A stretch of DNA of 64,000 bases from Planctomycetota bacterium (GCA_965223265.1 OZ244999.1:512001-576000), one strand, 5' to 3'. Positions 1 to 9,774 are shown, counted from the first letter of the stretch. The notes: generated from the letters alone by a model not told the origin. Program-made: numbers and translations.

Positions 1-1105
1 GTACTGTCGCCGTCGGTGGTGTTCTCAAGACGAGCTCGCCAACTTCGTGGCGGGCGATGGTGATGTGCGAACGCCAAACGCAATACGGGTTGCCTGATTG
101 GGCGAGTAAGCTGAATCGATGCGCCGCGGTCAGCAGCGGTTCGCTCTTCCCGCCTCCATGACGTCGCTGCCAAGTCAGGTGGAGCGTGTCGCGTTTGCCG
201 AGGGCGATCGTCCACGACGTGCTCTCCTCGGTGGACTGCGTCTGATAGGGACCACACGCACTCGTGATCGTTGCCCGCCCCGGAACCTCGAGCCGGAGAT
301 GTGACGCCGCGGCGTGGACAAGTGGACCAGAGACGCTCCAGCGGTCTTCCATCTCCCGCGCCGCGAGTGAATAGCGAAGTTCGACGCTGTGTTCACCCTT
401 GCCGCGGAGGAGTAGGTACGTCTGCGGTGCGAGCGCCGTCTGAGGAACCGCGATGATCCTCCGCGCCGCCTCTTTCGCATCAGGGGCGGAGCCATTCGAG
501 TGGTTTGATCGAGAAGGTGCGGCGTCGATGACGATCCAGCCTGCACGCCCGTCCACACGTACTGTTCCGAGATCCGGGAAGATGCCACCGAGAGGGCAGC
601 GGACCCAGCCGTCGGTGGTAACCTGGACTTTGACGTGCGCCGTGAGTCGCAGGGTCTGTCCGATCACTTGTCCGTCGTACGATGCGCTCGTGACGACGGC
701 GCGAACCGGCGGAAGTTCTGTTGGTTGATCGATCTGCCGGCTTTTCAGCGCCCGCGCCAACAAGGCGCGGTACGCCGGGAGCTCCATGATGACGCCGTCG
801 GGGTGCGCGCCGACGTAGCGATGAAACTCATCGTATGGGACGTAGATTTCGCGTACGAGGTCAGACGGAGACTGCGCGGGGGCGTCAGCCGTCGCCCCGG
901 GATCCGACGACCGCGATGAAACCGCTTCCTGAGCGTACACGAGTGGTGATGTCAGAAGCAGCGCCAGACCGAAAGCCCGAACGACGGGGAAGCGCCACAT
1001 CGAAGGCGACTCCCGCGCAGGCACCTCGATCGCCTCGGCGACCGAGTGCACGCTTGGGTGCGAACACCGCATGCCAGTAGTTCGACGAAAAGAATGGCCG
1101 TACAC
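1..1105 (-). CDS. Large exported/membrane protein, paralog of the 1108-5091 protein (5' part only; runs off the window edge)
   Basis: Not in the ORF track because its stop lies outside the window. GTG at 1105 has GGAGG upstream and sits just after the upstream gene's TAA. The frame is open to the window edge. It has a signal-like segment (RAFGLALLLTSPLVYAQ), then VREIYVPYDEF...AVVTSASYDGQV...DGWVRCPL, which aligns with VRERTVYVPYEKL...AVVRSASYAGSV...EGWTKLALPL of the neighbour. Confidence 0.85.
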   Translation of the reverse strand, partial: MYGHSFRRTTGMRCSHPSVHSVAEAIEVPARESPSMWRFPVVRAFGLALLLTSPLVYAQEAVSSRSSDPGATADAPAQSPSDLVREIYVPYDEFHRYVGAHPDGVIMELPAYRALLARALKSRQIDQPTELPPVRAVVTSASYDGQVIGQTLRLTAHVKVQVTTDGWVRCPLGGIFPDLGTVRVDGRAGWIVIDAAPSRSNHSNGSAPDAKEAARRIIAVPQTALAPQTYLLLRGKGEHSVELRYSLAAREMEDRWSVSGPLVHAAASHLRLEVPGRATITSACGPYQTQSTEESTSWTIALGKRDTLHLTWQRRHGGGKSEPLLTAAHRFSLLAQSGNPYCVWRSHITIARHEVGELVLRTPPTATV

Positions 1106-1107
1106 GA

Positions 1108-4100
1108 TTAGACCTCCCTCTCTGGAGCGTCGTCGTGACCGTCCTCCTTTTTGCGTCGGCGCCGCTTTTTCGGTGCAGAATCGGTCGTCGCGTCCTCGCT
1201 GTTCGCTTCGCCTGCGTCCGTCTCTGTGGCATTCGCCTCTGGTGACTCGGTCGCGTCCGCAGCCTCCTCTTTCTCACCACTAGTCGGCTGCGCTGGGGGT
1301 GGAAGCGTTGTCTCTGTTGTTGTTGACTCCGGCGATGAGCTCTCAGTCGTTGACTGGTCTCCGTCGCTTTCGTCGATCGCGCTCCCTGCCGCCTTGTCCT
1401 CCTGCCCGGCAACGATCTGGCGGAACGACTTGTCATCGAGCTGCTCTGGCTCGAGGACGACTGCGTCGACGGTTTCGCCTTCGAGGAAAGGATCCGGCGT
1501 CATCGGACCGTTGGTAGCAAACCACTCTTTGGTGGCCGCGATCGCGTGAAGCGTACCAAAGTAGACCGCTAGAAGCGCACCGCCAGCGAACACCGACGTG
1601 TACACCTCAGTGACGGCGCTATGGGCGAACCAGCTCAGCACGAGTGGGGCGATGATGAGCGCGGCGGTGACCTTGAGCTTCGACCACTTGAGGCGCTTGA
1701 TCATGAAGTAGCCGCCAGCCAGCGCGATAGCGAGTGCCGCGAGGTCGACGAATGTGAAGAGGTCCCTGCCCACATAGGTGAAGTTGAGCGCCGCGACAGG
1801 AGCCAGCGTCTCGAGTCGCACTGGTTTTAGGTTGCGCGTTGGCAGGTTGACAGAGATCGATTCGGACGGCGCCGCGGCGCGTCGTTGGCGCTTTTGGGCC
1901 ACTGCCGGCTTGCCGACCACGCCGTCAGTGTCCACGACACTTGAAAGCAGGCGCTTGAACCGTGGCCACAAACCCGTTGGTGTTTCATGTGCGACATTGC
2001 CGCTCCACCACAGGTAGGCGTAGTCGGGAGGCAGGTAGAGATCGAGCTCGACTTTGGCAACCGGAACGTCACCCTGCACCTCCAACGTGCGAACGCCGAG
2101 CTTGCCGATGGATCCGAGAGCCTTCTGGCCGAGTTGCTCTTCATAGACGATGACCACAGGAAACGCTTGCGCGTTGCCAGCTGATTGTGGGATCGGGATC
2201 AGCCGCACGTTCGAGTCGCGTCGTTTTTTGTTCGGTGCTTGCGGCTTGCCTGCGACCGTCAAGGAGAAGATCTCCGCTTGATCGCCGAGCTCGACCTCGA
2301 GATATTGACGATCGGTGTTCTGGACTATGAGCGTTGCTTCGCTTTTGAGCTTGTTTTCTTCGCTGAGGACGCTCTTGACGTAGAGCAGGTTGACGACCGC
2401 CGTCGCCAGAGATTCATACTGATAGTGAGTCAGCTTGAGTGTCAGCGTCGGGCTCGCGCTGAAGTAGCGGAAGGCACTGTAGATGGCGCCGCGGCGTAAC
2501 TTGTCGGGGAGATCGCTCGGGTCGACCGATTCCATGTTTTCAGGCTGCGGCACGATCTCGAGTGTGCCTTTTTTCTGCACCGCGACGAAGCCGCGCTCGG
2601 TACGCACGCCCTCGGGCCTGAGCATTGGCACGGCATAGTCGAGCGCCTGGCCCGAGGTCAGGCCCTTGAGGTCCATCTCGTGCGTCAGCGTTAGCGTGAC
2701 GGAACCGATGACGGGAGTTTGAAAGGTCAACTCCCAGAGCGTCGAACCGTTCTCTGCGCCAAGCGAGCGGATCTCTTTCTTGTTTTCAACTTCGACCTTT
2801 TCAGGAACGTTCGCGATGCTCTCCGGGGTGCGGAACTGCAGACGATCGACCGCGGCATAAAGGATGTTGTAGTCGAGCATATGCGCGACCTTGATGTTGC
2901 CGTCGGCGACCTCGATCAGGTGCTGCGCGAGGACGTCGACTTCCGTGTTCTTCGCCTCCAGGCGCAGTCGCACTGATGCCGGCTGCGCGCGGAAACGGTA
3001 GGCGCGCGGAATGGAGTTTTCCGAGCCGACCTGACTCATGATCCCGGAACGGAAGAGCTCGTCGATGTCAGCGTCGATCAACGCCTCGCGCTCAAGGGTG
3101 ACAACGTCGTAGGCGCGGGGTGTGCTGACGCCAAAGAGGCCGCGGCTCTGTTCGACGCCGACAACCTCGAGGACCGAGAACGAGCGCTCGCCCGCGTCTC
3201 GGATCGTCCCGTCAGCGCTGAAACGAAACGGCAAGCGAAGTTTGTTCATCGCTTTCGACTTGAGGCTGACGGTGACGATCCGCTGGCCGTTGGCCGGATC
3301 GCCGAGTTGAAAGTCTTCGACGTTACCTCCGGCGTCCATGCTGGTGACAGACCAGCGTTCTGGAATGCGGAGCTGCAGTCGAAAGACGCCGGCCTTGGAG
3401 ATGTCAAAGTCGACCCAGCCGACCCACGAGTCTTCTTCTTGTCCGAGCGTCAAGACCGACACGCTGTGGGCGCGAATCACGGGCAGGATCTTTTCGACTT
3501 GGAGCTGCAGATGCACGGGGTGGGCGACGAACTGGAAGCCGATTCCCAGCTGCGCGCGCAGCTCGTCTGGGACTTCGTCCGGGTCGAGCTGGCTGAGACC
3601 GGTTGCCGTCGCCACACGGATGTGCAGGCCGCTTTCGTGACCGACGACCACGTAGCCGGATTCGCGGAGGACGCCTTCGGCACGTGCAAACGGCACACTC
3701 AAGCTTTCAGGGGTCGCCGCGAGAATGCGTTCGAAGCGAAGGTTAAGCTCGTAGGCGTGTTTGACCGGCGCGTGGAGCTGGACGACGAGGACGTTCTCCT
3801 CCTGCGTCCACTCGCGGATGCTTTTGCCACGCACTGCGATTAGGCGCATGTCCTCTGGAAGCTGCACGCGGAACGTGTCTTGCTCGCCGCGCAAGATGCG
3901 AAAGCGTAGACGCGTTGTGCTCTTCAGCACACGCTCACCGAGATAAGTGTGCACCGCTTGCTCGGCCGTCAGCACGGAGCCGCCGTCAGCGGCGCGCCCT
4001 GCGGGCGGCAGCCAGCTCAGTGACAGCTTCGACGCGTTACCGAGAAAAGCGACGACTTGTGTCGCGTCGCCGGATGGTTCAACGTTGAGGACGGCCGACT

Positions 4101-5091
4101 TGGGCTCGACCTGGACGCGAACGTCTTTTTCCGGGACGCTCAGCTCGAGCCTTGAAAGCGCCGTTGCTGGAATGTCAAAGCTGAGAGTTTTCTTGCCGGG
4201 TTGGCTTTGAACGTGAACCGACAAACGCAGCGATACCTCATAGTGGCCGCGCCTCGGAAGGAAGACCGAGTAGCCTGCAGTGTCCGCCACGAGGAGCGCG
4301 CCTTCGTGTTCGATGGACTCGACTGCGACGCCGTCGAGCGGCAGAGCCAACTTTGTCCAGCCTTCTTTTAAGGCCTCGATATGATAGGTGACTTGAAAGC
4401 GAGCGGCGTCGCCTTCGACGCTGCCGGCGTACGAGGCGGATCGCACGACGGCGTCTGCCGGCGGCTCGTCGGGTTCAGGCTGCGGCGGCTTCGGGAGCGA
4501 CTTCCGCCAAATCTCGAGGAACTCTTTGTAGGGGAGGAAGATGCCGCGATCCTCCGACTCGAAAACATCCTCGAGTTTCTCGTAAGGGACGTAGACAGTG
4601 CGCTCACGGACGACGGTGCGGATGTCCTTGCCGCCGTCATCGGCGTTTGCAGTGGGCGGCGCGGCGCCCTTCGCTGGTGAGGGGCGTGACGGAGTCGCCG
4701 CGGCGACCGGGCCGACGGCCGCGTTCGCCGCAACCGCCCGTGGCGCGTTCAAGCCGCGAGCCAGGCGCGCGTCGCCGGCGAGGACGGCTGGAGGTGGCGC
4801 TGGCGTCGGAGCCGTCGCAGCTGAATCCCTGCTGTGGGGTGTGCTCGACGCGTCGGTGCCGCTGGTCGCGTCGGTCGCGTCGGTCGCGTCGGTCGCGGGC
4901 GGCGCGGCATCGCTTGCGGATGGATTGTCGGCGATGCCAGAGGCATCGCTGGCGACGTTCGACGTCCCGCCGCTGGCCGCAGTTTCCTGCGCCGCGACAA
5001 GCAGTACCGCGCCGGTTGACGCGAGGCAAACGAGGCACCACGTCAACAGACGCTGCCGGAAAGAGTGTGAGAGTGTGATCGGATGGCGCAT
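1108..5091 (-). CDS. Giant (~1330 aa) envelope protein: signal peptide, repeated beta-rich modules, ~3 C-terminal TM helices, acidic tail; unknown function
   Basis: Long ORF. ATG at 5091 is preceded by GAGGAG (the track start at 5379 overlaps the upstream gene). N-terminal hydrophobic segment LLTWCLVCLASTGAVLLVAA, Ala/Pro linker, recurring modules and hydrophobic segments near the C-terminus. Confidence 0.85.
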   Translation of the reverse strand: MRHPITLSHSFRQRLLTWCLVCLASTGAVLLVAAQETAASGGTSNVASDASGIADNPSASDAAPPATDATDATDATSGTDASSTPHSRDSAATAPTPAPPPAVLAGDARLARGLNAPRAVAANAAVGPVAAATPSRPSPAKGAAPPTANADDGGKDIRTVVRERTVYVPYEKLEDVFESEDRGIFLPYKEFLEIWRKSLPKPPQPEPDEPPADAVVRSASYAGSVEGDAARFQVTYHIEALKEGWTKLALPLDGVAVESIEHEGALLVADTAGYSVFLPRRGHYEVSLRLSVHVQSQPGKKTLSFDIPATALSRLELSVPEKDVRVQVEPKSAVLNVEPSGDATQVVAFLGNASKLSLSWLPPAGRAADGGSVLTAEQAVHTYLGERVLKSTTRLRFRILRGEQDTFRVQLPEDMRLIAVRGKSIREWTQEENVLVVQLHAPVKHAYELNLRFERILAATPESLSVPFARAEGVLRESGYVVVGHESGLHIRVATATGLSQLDPDEVPDELRAQLGIGFQFVAHPVHLQLQVEKILPVIRAHSVSVLTLGQEEDSWVGWVDFDISKAGVFRLQLRIPERWSVTSMDAGGNVEDFQLGDPANGQRIVTVSLKSKAMNKLRLPFRFSADGTIRDAGERSFSVLEVVGVEQSRGLFGVSTPRAYDVVTLEREALIDADIDELFRSGIMSQVGSENSIPRAYRFRAQPASVRLRLEAKNTEVDVLAQHLIEVADGNIKVAHMLDYNILYAAVDRLQFRTPESIANVPEKVEVENKKEIRSLGAENGSTLWELTFQTPVIGSVTLTLTHEMDLKGLTSGQALDYAVPMLRPEGVRTERGFVAVQKKGTLEIVPQPENMESVDPSDLPDKLRRGAIYSAFRYFSASPTLTLKLTHYQYESLATAVVNLLYVKSVLSEENKLKSEATLIVQNTDRQYLEVELGDQAEIFSLTVAGKPQAPNKKRRDSNVRLIPIPQSAGNAQAFPVVIVYEEQLGQKALGSIGKLGVRTLEVQGDVPVAKVELDLYLPPDYAYLWWSGNVAHETPTGLWPRFKRLLSSVVDTDGVVGKPAVAQKRQRRAAAPSESISVNLPTRNLKPVRLETLAPVAALNFTYVGRDLFTFVDLAALAIALAGGYFMIKRLKWSKLKVTAALIIAPLVLSWFAHSAVTEVYTSVFAGGALLAVYFGTLHAIAATKEWFATNGPMTPDPFLEGETVDAVVLEPEQLDDKSFRQIVAGQEDKAAGSAIDESDGDQSTTESSSPESTTTETTLPPPAQPTSGEKEEAADATESPEANATETDAGEANSEDATTDSAPKKRRRRKKEDGHDDAPEREV

Positions 5092-5233
5092 GGATGTCTC
5101 CTCAGCGCGGTAGCACGGTGAAGGTTTCAGGTGGCGGCTGCCATGAAGGTAACAACCGCACGCGGAATGATGTCGGAGGGAGGGAACGTGGCGGATCGTC
5201 GCGGGCGCGCCCCGCCGACGGTCGCCTGAGTGT

Positions 5234-8200
5234 CTACTCGCTCGTGCGAGCGATCTTGTCGATGACGAGCTGCTGCGCGCGCGTCGCTGTGCGCGTGATC
5301 TCCTGCCACGCAGCTCGCTGGCGGTAGGGTGCTTCGATACCATAGAGAACGTCGAGCACCTTGCCGAACGAGCCGTCACGCGCCCAGTAACTCTGGCGCA
5401 GGAGCTCAGCGGTTTCGGCGACGCAAGCGATCAAGCGAAAGCTCGCACTCGTACTCTTGAGATCGGTTTTGAGCACACTCGGCGGAAGCGGAAAATCGAG
5501 TTCATCGACGCGCCGGGTACCGGTGTCGCGGTAGCGGATAAAGATGCGCCCGAGCGCGCCGTGGGCGCCGGTGCGGCGTTCGATTTCATAGAGGACGGTC
5601 ACCGTCGTGCCGGGGCCGATTTCTGCGGCGTCGATCTTGTCGTTGCGGAAGTCGCGGTCGGCGATGTCGCGGTTCTCATAACCGAGGAGCCGATAGTGAC
5701 CGACGACCTCCGGGTTGAACTCGACTTGGATTTTGGCATCTTCGGCGAGGACGTGGAGCTGCGCCGGTAGGTTTTTTCGGAAGATCGTTTTCGCCTCGTC
5801 GAGATTGGCGACGAAGCTGTAGTTGCCCGCGCCGTCGCGCGCAATGCGCTCGAGGAGCGCGTCGTTGTAGCGCTGCTTTCCGAGGCCGACGACAGAGAGG
5901 TAAATGCCGCGGCGCGCGTACACTTTGACCTTCTCGAGCATCGCCTCGGGTTCGCGGCTACCGACGTTGGCGACGCCGTCCGAGCAGAGAACGACGCGGT
6001 TGAGTGCCTTGGCGTCGAGAGCTTCATCGGCAATGCGGTAGGCGAGTTCGAGACCCGCTTCGACGTTGGTGCCGCCGCCGGCGGCGAGACCATCCAGCGC
6101 CCCGACGATCCTCTCCTTCTCACGGGCGGGTGTGTGCGGCAGGACGACGTAGGCACGCGTGTTGTACGCGACAAGCCCGACGCGATCTTCCGTCTCCAGC
6201 GCCTGGACGAGTGAGCCGAGGGCGCTCCGCATGAGATCGAGGCCGCCGCCCGCGTGCATCGAACCCGATGTGTCGATCACGAACGTCAGGACGACGCGCT
6301 TGCGCTCGCCGGGGTGGAGTTCGCGCGCTTTGATGGTGACGCGTACGAGGTCAAGGCCCGCGCCGAAGGGGGAGGGGGCGCCTTCGGTGAAGACGCTGAA
6401 GGGGCGGGTCGGATCGGTTGTCGTCAGATCGCTTGGGAAGTGATTGACGAACTCTTCGACGCGCACGCTTTCGGGCTGCGGCAGTTGACCACGAAGAAGA
6501 ACGTCGCGCGAGCGCGTGTACGACGCCGTGTCGACATCCATCGAGAACGTCGAGAAGCGGTCGCGACGCGTGTCGACGAACGGGTTGACGCCGTAGCGCT
6601 CGCGGAAGCCGTCGCGGCCGAGGCCTTCGTCGCCCACGGCCGGTGGCGGCACCGTGAGAGCCTGCGCTTCCTGCGCCTCGAACGTCAGCTGGTCGTCGAA
6701 GCGGCGGTAGTGACTGTAGGCGCGCAGCTGCGTCTCGACCTCACCGAGCTGACGCTGCGAGGTGGCGTAGTTGTCGGCGAGCTGAGCGAGGGCGAGATCT
6801 GTCTTCGCTGTGACTTCTTCTTCCTGTCTCGTCAGGCGCTGTCCGAGGATTTGCTTCGCAGCGTCGACCTGGGAGCTCTCGGCGGTACCGGACGAGAAGA
6901 GGTTCCCGGAACGCTCGGGTTCACTCAGCGCGCCGTTGAGCAGAAGAAGCTGGCGACTGTTGACTTGGCGCGACGCGTCGGCAAGCTCTTCGGCGCGCGA
7001 GCGCTGCGCCGGCGCCGGAGCGTCACGCGTCGCTTCGTTTTTGACGCCGCGCTTGGCTTTGCCGCGTTGACCCTTGTTGGCGTAGTCGCCGAAGCTGTAG
7101 TCCCGTCTCGGGGTCGCGGCGATCTCTTTGGCGAGCGACGCGCCCTCGCCGCGGGCGGCGGCGATGTCTTCTTCGATTTGCCCGAAATCTTTGAGCTCGC
7201 TGAACCGACCCGTGTCGCCAGACTGGCCCGCAGCGCGGCTTTCACTCAGCGTCTCCAGGGTCGATGCGAGCTCGGCGTGCTCGCCGGCCTGACTCTTGCG
7301 GGCGTTGGGGTCGCGGAGCTGCAGCTCACGGCCGGCGAATTCGCGGGTCTTTTCGTCTTCGGGCTGCGCACTCGGCGCCGGTGACCTGGCCGGCTCGGAC
7401 GCGGAGCGGTCGAAGCGCTCGCGTTGGGTTCCGAGTTGCGCTCCCAGGACGTCAGGCGCGTCTTTCTCTCCGTTCACACTCTCATCGAAGAGGCCGGACG
7501 TGTTGAAGTCGCTGAGCTCCTCGCTCGTCGGCATGTCCACGTCACCGTCATTGTCGGCGCCAAATGAAAACCCACCCAAGCGAAACGGCGACCGGGCGTC
7601 GGCGCCGTAGTCGCCGCGCCCATCGACCGCGAGGTCTTCACCCTCTTCTTGTGCCGCCGCGTGTTGTTTGGGAGACGATTCGCTCAGCGCGATGTTGTCG
7701 CGGTTGCTGTTGACTTCGTTGTCGTCATATCCGTCGGACGAGAACTGGATCGACTCCGCCGTGCGTTTTTTCTCGTTTTGTTCTTTCGCACGGGGTTGCC
7801 CGTAGAGAGCTTTCCCACCACCCGTTCCGCTTCCGGGACCGACATTGGTCGTTGCGATCCGGCGGCCGTCTCGAGCGATCCTATAGACGCGCATCTCTTC
7901 GCTCTTCTTCGCGGGCCCGCTGTCATGGCCGCCACCGCCTCCCGGAACTCCCCAAAACTCAGTGAAATCTTGCTTCGCGGGGGCGTTCGTGCTCGATGGC
8001 CCTGGATCGTCCACTCCCACAGTCGCATCGCCGTTCTGATCCATGTCCAACTTCTGCTGCCCGAAGACTTCGACGACCTCTTGGGGCGACGAGCGCGGGA
8101 TGGCGTCAGACCCATCTCTCTCGCGTGTGCTTGGAATGGCGTAGTTCCTGGGTAGCGCACGGCTGGTGCCCGTCAACTCGTCGAGCGCAGCGGGTGGCGC

Positions 8201-9208
8201 GATTTCGTCCGGCGACCTGCGCGCGACGCGACCCGGACTGGCTCCGTTGGTCACGACATCTCTGGCGAGACCGTAGTGCCGCGTCGCCCGGTCGCCGGCC
8301 GCGGCGGTACCCGCACTCTGTGGTTCTGGTGCGTACGCCAGGTAGTCCTCAGCATCCGCCTCCTCCACGATGGCCACTTCCGTGCCGCCGGAAACCGTCG
8401 GAAGGGGCGTTGTCGACACGCTTTCACGCGCGCGCCCCAACAGCTCCTCGCCTTCGTCTCCAGACGCTTGTGGCAACCGAGGCGCGGCCTGAGAGCGGTT
8501 TGCCAGTCCGACGCCCGAGTTAGCCTGCTTCGATTCGAACCAAGACTCGTTGCGCGAACCGCCGCGGCCGCGGCCGTCGCGGAAGTATTCCTTTCCCATC
8601 TTTTCCTCCGCGTCGGTTTGGAAACCTTCCGCCTGCGTGCGCTTCGCGTTGTCCCAAGATTCGTTGGAGTAGAAGGGGCGGTAATCTGTGGAACTCGACT
8701 TCGCCGAAAAGGCAAGCTCGCGAGCTCGGTCCCGGCCGAACCGCACGCCCGGCAGGAGCGCCAGCCCAACAAGCCCGACCGCGACGAGAACCATCGCCGC
8801 CGCAGCCATCCATTGACGTCGCCGCAAGCGCACGCGCCGGCGCGTGGCCGCGGTACTTTGGAGCGATGCAGGGTCAAGACGCGGGTAGGCCGCCGCGCCG
8901 GTGCGATCACCGCCGCCGTCTTCGCCGTCATCCGATGCGTCGCTCGCACCTGCCGAATCGTCGGCGCCCTCCGCGGCGTCACCGGCAGCGTCGACAAGCG
9001 CCGCTTCGAGCAGCGACTGCGTTGCACGCAGTCTTTCGAGCTCGGCGCGGGCCTCCGGCGAGCGTTCGAGTTCCTTCTCCACCGCGGCCTTGCCGGCCGG
9101 TGTGATGTCGCCGAAGACGTACGCGGTGAGGAGATACTCCTGCGTGCCGCTGAGGTTCGGCGTCTGGCGCGCTTTGGCGCGAGCTGTTCGTTTCTCTTTC
9201 TTCTTCAT
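5234..9208 (-). CDS. Anti-sigma-like N-terminal domain, TM helix, long low-complexity region and YfbK-type vWA region (vWF_A/VWA/DUF3520-like)
   Basis: N-terminus LLTAYVFGDITPAGKAAVEKELERSPEARAEL, then RRRRQW and a TM helix. The C-terminus has STFSMDVDTASY, VRVEEFVNHF, MIDAS DTSGS, GGTN, LCSDG and YRLLGYENR...DFRNDKIDAAEIGPG, typical of YfbK. ATG overlaps the sigma stop codon (ATGA). Confidence 0.85.
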   Translation of the reverse strand: MKKKEKRTARAKARQTPNLSGTQEYLLTAYVFGDITPAGKAAVEKELERSPEARAELERLRATQSLLEAALVDAAGDAAEGADDSAGASDASDDGEDGGGDRTGAAAYPRLDPASLQSTAATRRRVRLRRRQWMAAAAMVLVAVGLVGLALLPGVRFGRDRARELAFSAKSSSTDYRPFYSNESWDNAKRTQAEGFQTDAEEKMGKEYFRDGRGRGGSRNESWFESKQANSGVGLANRSQAAPRLPQASGDEGEELLGRARESVSTTPLPTVSGGTEVAIVEEADAEDYLAYAPEPQSAGTAAAGDRATRHYGLARDVVTNGASPGRVARRSPDEIAPPAALDELTGTSRALPRNYAIPSTRERDGSDAIPRSSPQEVVEVFGQQKLDMDQNGDATVGVDDPGPSSTNAPAKQDFTEFWGVPGGGGGHDSGPAKKSEEMRVYRIARDGRRIATTNVGPGSGTGGGKALYGQPRAKEQNEKKRTAESIQFSSDGYDDNEVNSNRDNIALSESSPKQHAAAQEEGEDLAVDGRGDYGADARSPFRLGGFSFGADNDGDVDMPTSEELSDFNTSGLFDESVNGEKDAPDVLGAQLGTQRERFDRSASEPARSPAPSAQPEDEKTREFAGRELQLRDPNARKSQAGEHAELASTLETLSESRAAGQSGDTGRFSELKDFGQIEEDIAAARGEGASLAKEIAATPRRDYSFGDYANKGQRGKAKRGVKNEATRDAPAPAQRSRAEELADASRQVNSRQLLLLNGALSEPERSGNLFSSGTAESSQVDAAKQILGQRLTRQEEEVTAKTDLALAQLADNYATSQRQLGEVETQLRAYSHYRRFDDQLTFEAQEAQALTVPPPAVGDEGLGRDGFRERYGVNPFVDTRRDRFSTFSMDVDTASYTRSRDVLLRGQLPQPESVRVEEFVNHFPSDLTTTDPTRPFSVFTEGAPSPFGAGLDLVRVTIKARELHPGERKRVVLTFVIDTSGSMHAGGGLDLMRSALGSLVQALETEDRVGLVAYNTRAYVVLPHTPAREKERIVGALDGLAAGGGTNVEAGLELAYRIADEALDAKALNRVVLCSDGVANVGSREPEAMLEKVKVYARRGIYLSVVGLGKQRYNDALLERIARDGAGNYSFVANLDEAKTIFRKNLPAQLHVLAEDAKIQVEFNPEVVGHYRLLGYENRDIADRDFRNDKIDAAEIGPGTTVTVLYEIERRTGAHGALGRIFIRYRDTGTRRVDELDFPLPPSVLKTDLKSTSASFRLIACVAETAELLRQSYWARDGSFGKVLDVLYGIEAPYRQRAAWQEITRTATRAQQLVIDKIARTSE

Positions 9209-9774
9209 AGGAGCTCCTCTCGCTTCGGTGCGAGTCGGTGGCTCAACGTTTTCATCGCTTGATGAAGCTGGTAGCCAACGTTCGTGACGCTCATGCCCGT
9301 GATCGCGGCGATCTCTTTGTAGGACTTTTGCTCAACGACCTTGAGAATCACGAGCTCACGCTGCCTCGGTTTGAGCTTGTCGATTTCCGCGTGCACCTGT
9401 GCCTGTAGCTCCGATTTCTCGAGCGCTGCCGCCGGTGATGCCTGAGCGCCGTCGGTGCTGCGCACGCGTTCGTTGTGCTCGGCCACGGCCGTGGCGTGTT
9501 TCTGCGCCGTCTTGCGCCGGCGCATCTGGTCGATGCCGAGGTTGCGCGCGACGCGCAGCAGCCAGTTGTGGCAGTTTTCGACCTTGAGCAGCTTCTTGGG
9601 GCATTCGGCCACCTGCAGAAAAGTTTCCTGGACGACGTCGTGCGCCGCCTCGCCGTCACCAAGCATTTTCGTGACGAAACGCATGAGCGGATCCTGGTAG
9701 CGATGGATGAACGTGCTGAACGATTCGACGTCCGCCTGATTGGCGTAGGCTTCGATCAGATCCTGGTCGGTCAT
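9205..9774 (-). CDS. ECF-type sigma-70 factor
   Basis: Region 2 (AHDVVQETFL, WLLRVARNLGID) and region 4 (LKPRQRELVIL...SYKEIAAITGMSVTNV). ATG 9774 has GAGG upstream; the ORF could extend to 9954. Confidence 0.92.
   Translation of the reverse strand: MTDQDLIEAYANQADVESFSTFIHRYQDPLMRFVTKMLGDGEAAHDVVQETFLQVAECPKKLLKVENCHNWLLRVARNLGIDQMRRRKTAQKHATAVAEHNERVRSTDGAQASPAAALEKSELQAQVHAEIDKLKPRQRELVILKVVEQKSYKEIAAITGMSVTNVGYQLHQAMKTLSHRLAPKREELL

Noticed and set aside
4856-4897. 9-bp tandem repeat GTCGGTCGC
   Set aside because: It encodes a TDA linker repeat inside a CDS; ordinary low-complexity sequence.
6254-9262. Long plus-strand and alternative-frame ORFs (e.g. 6254-7384, 8276-9262, 8251-9027) and many similar ones across the window
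   Set aside because: Shadow ORFs of real genes in GC-rich DNA; Arg/Ala-rich with no recognisable motifs.
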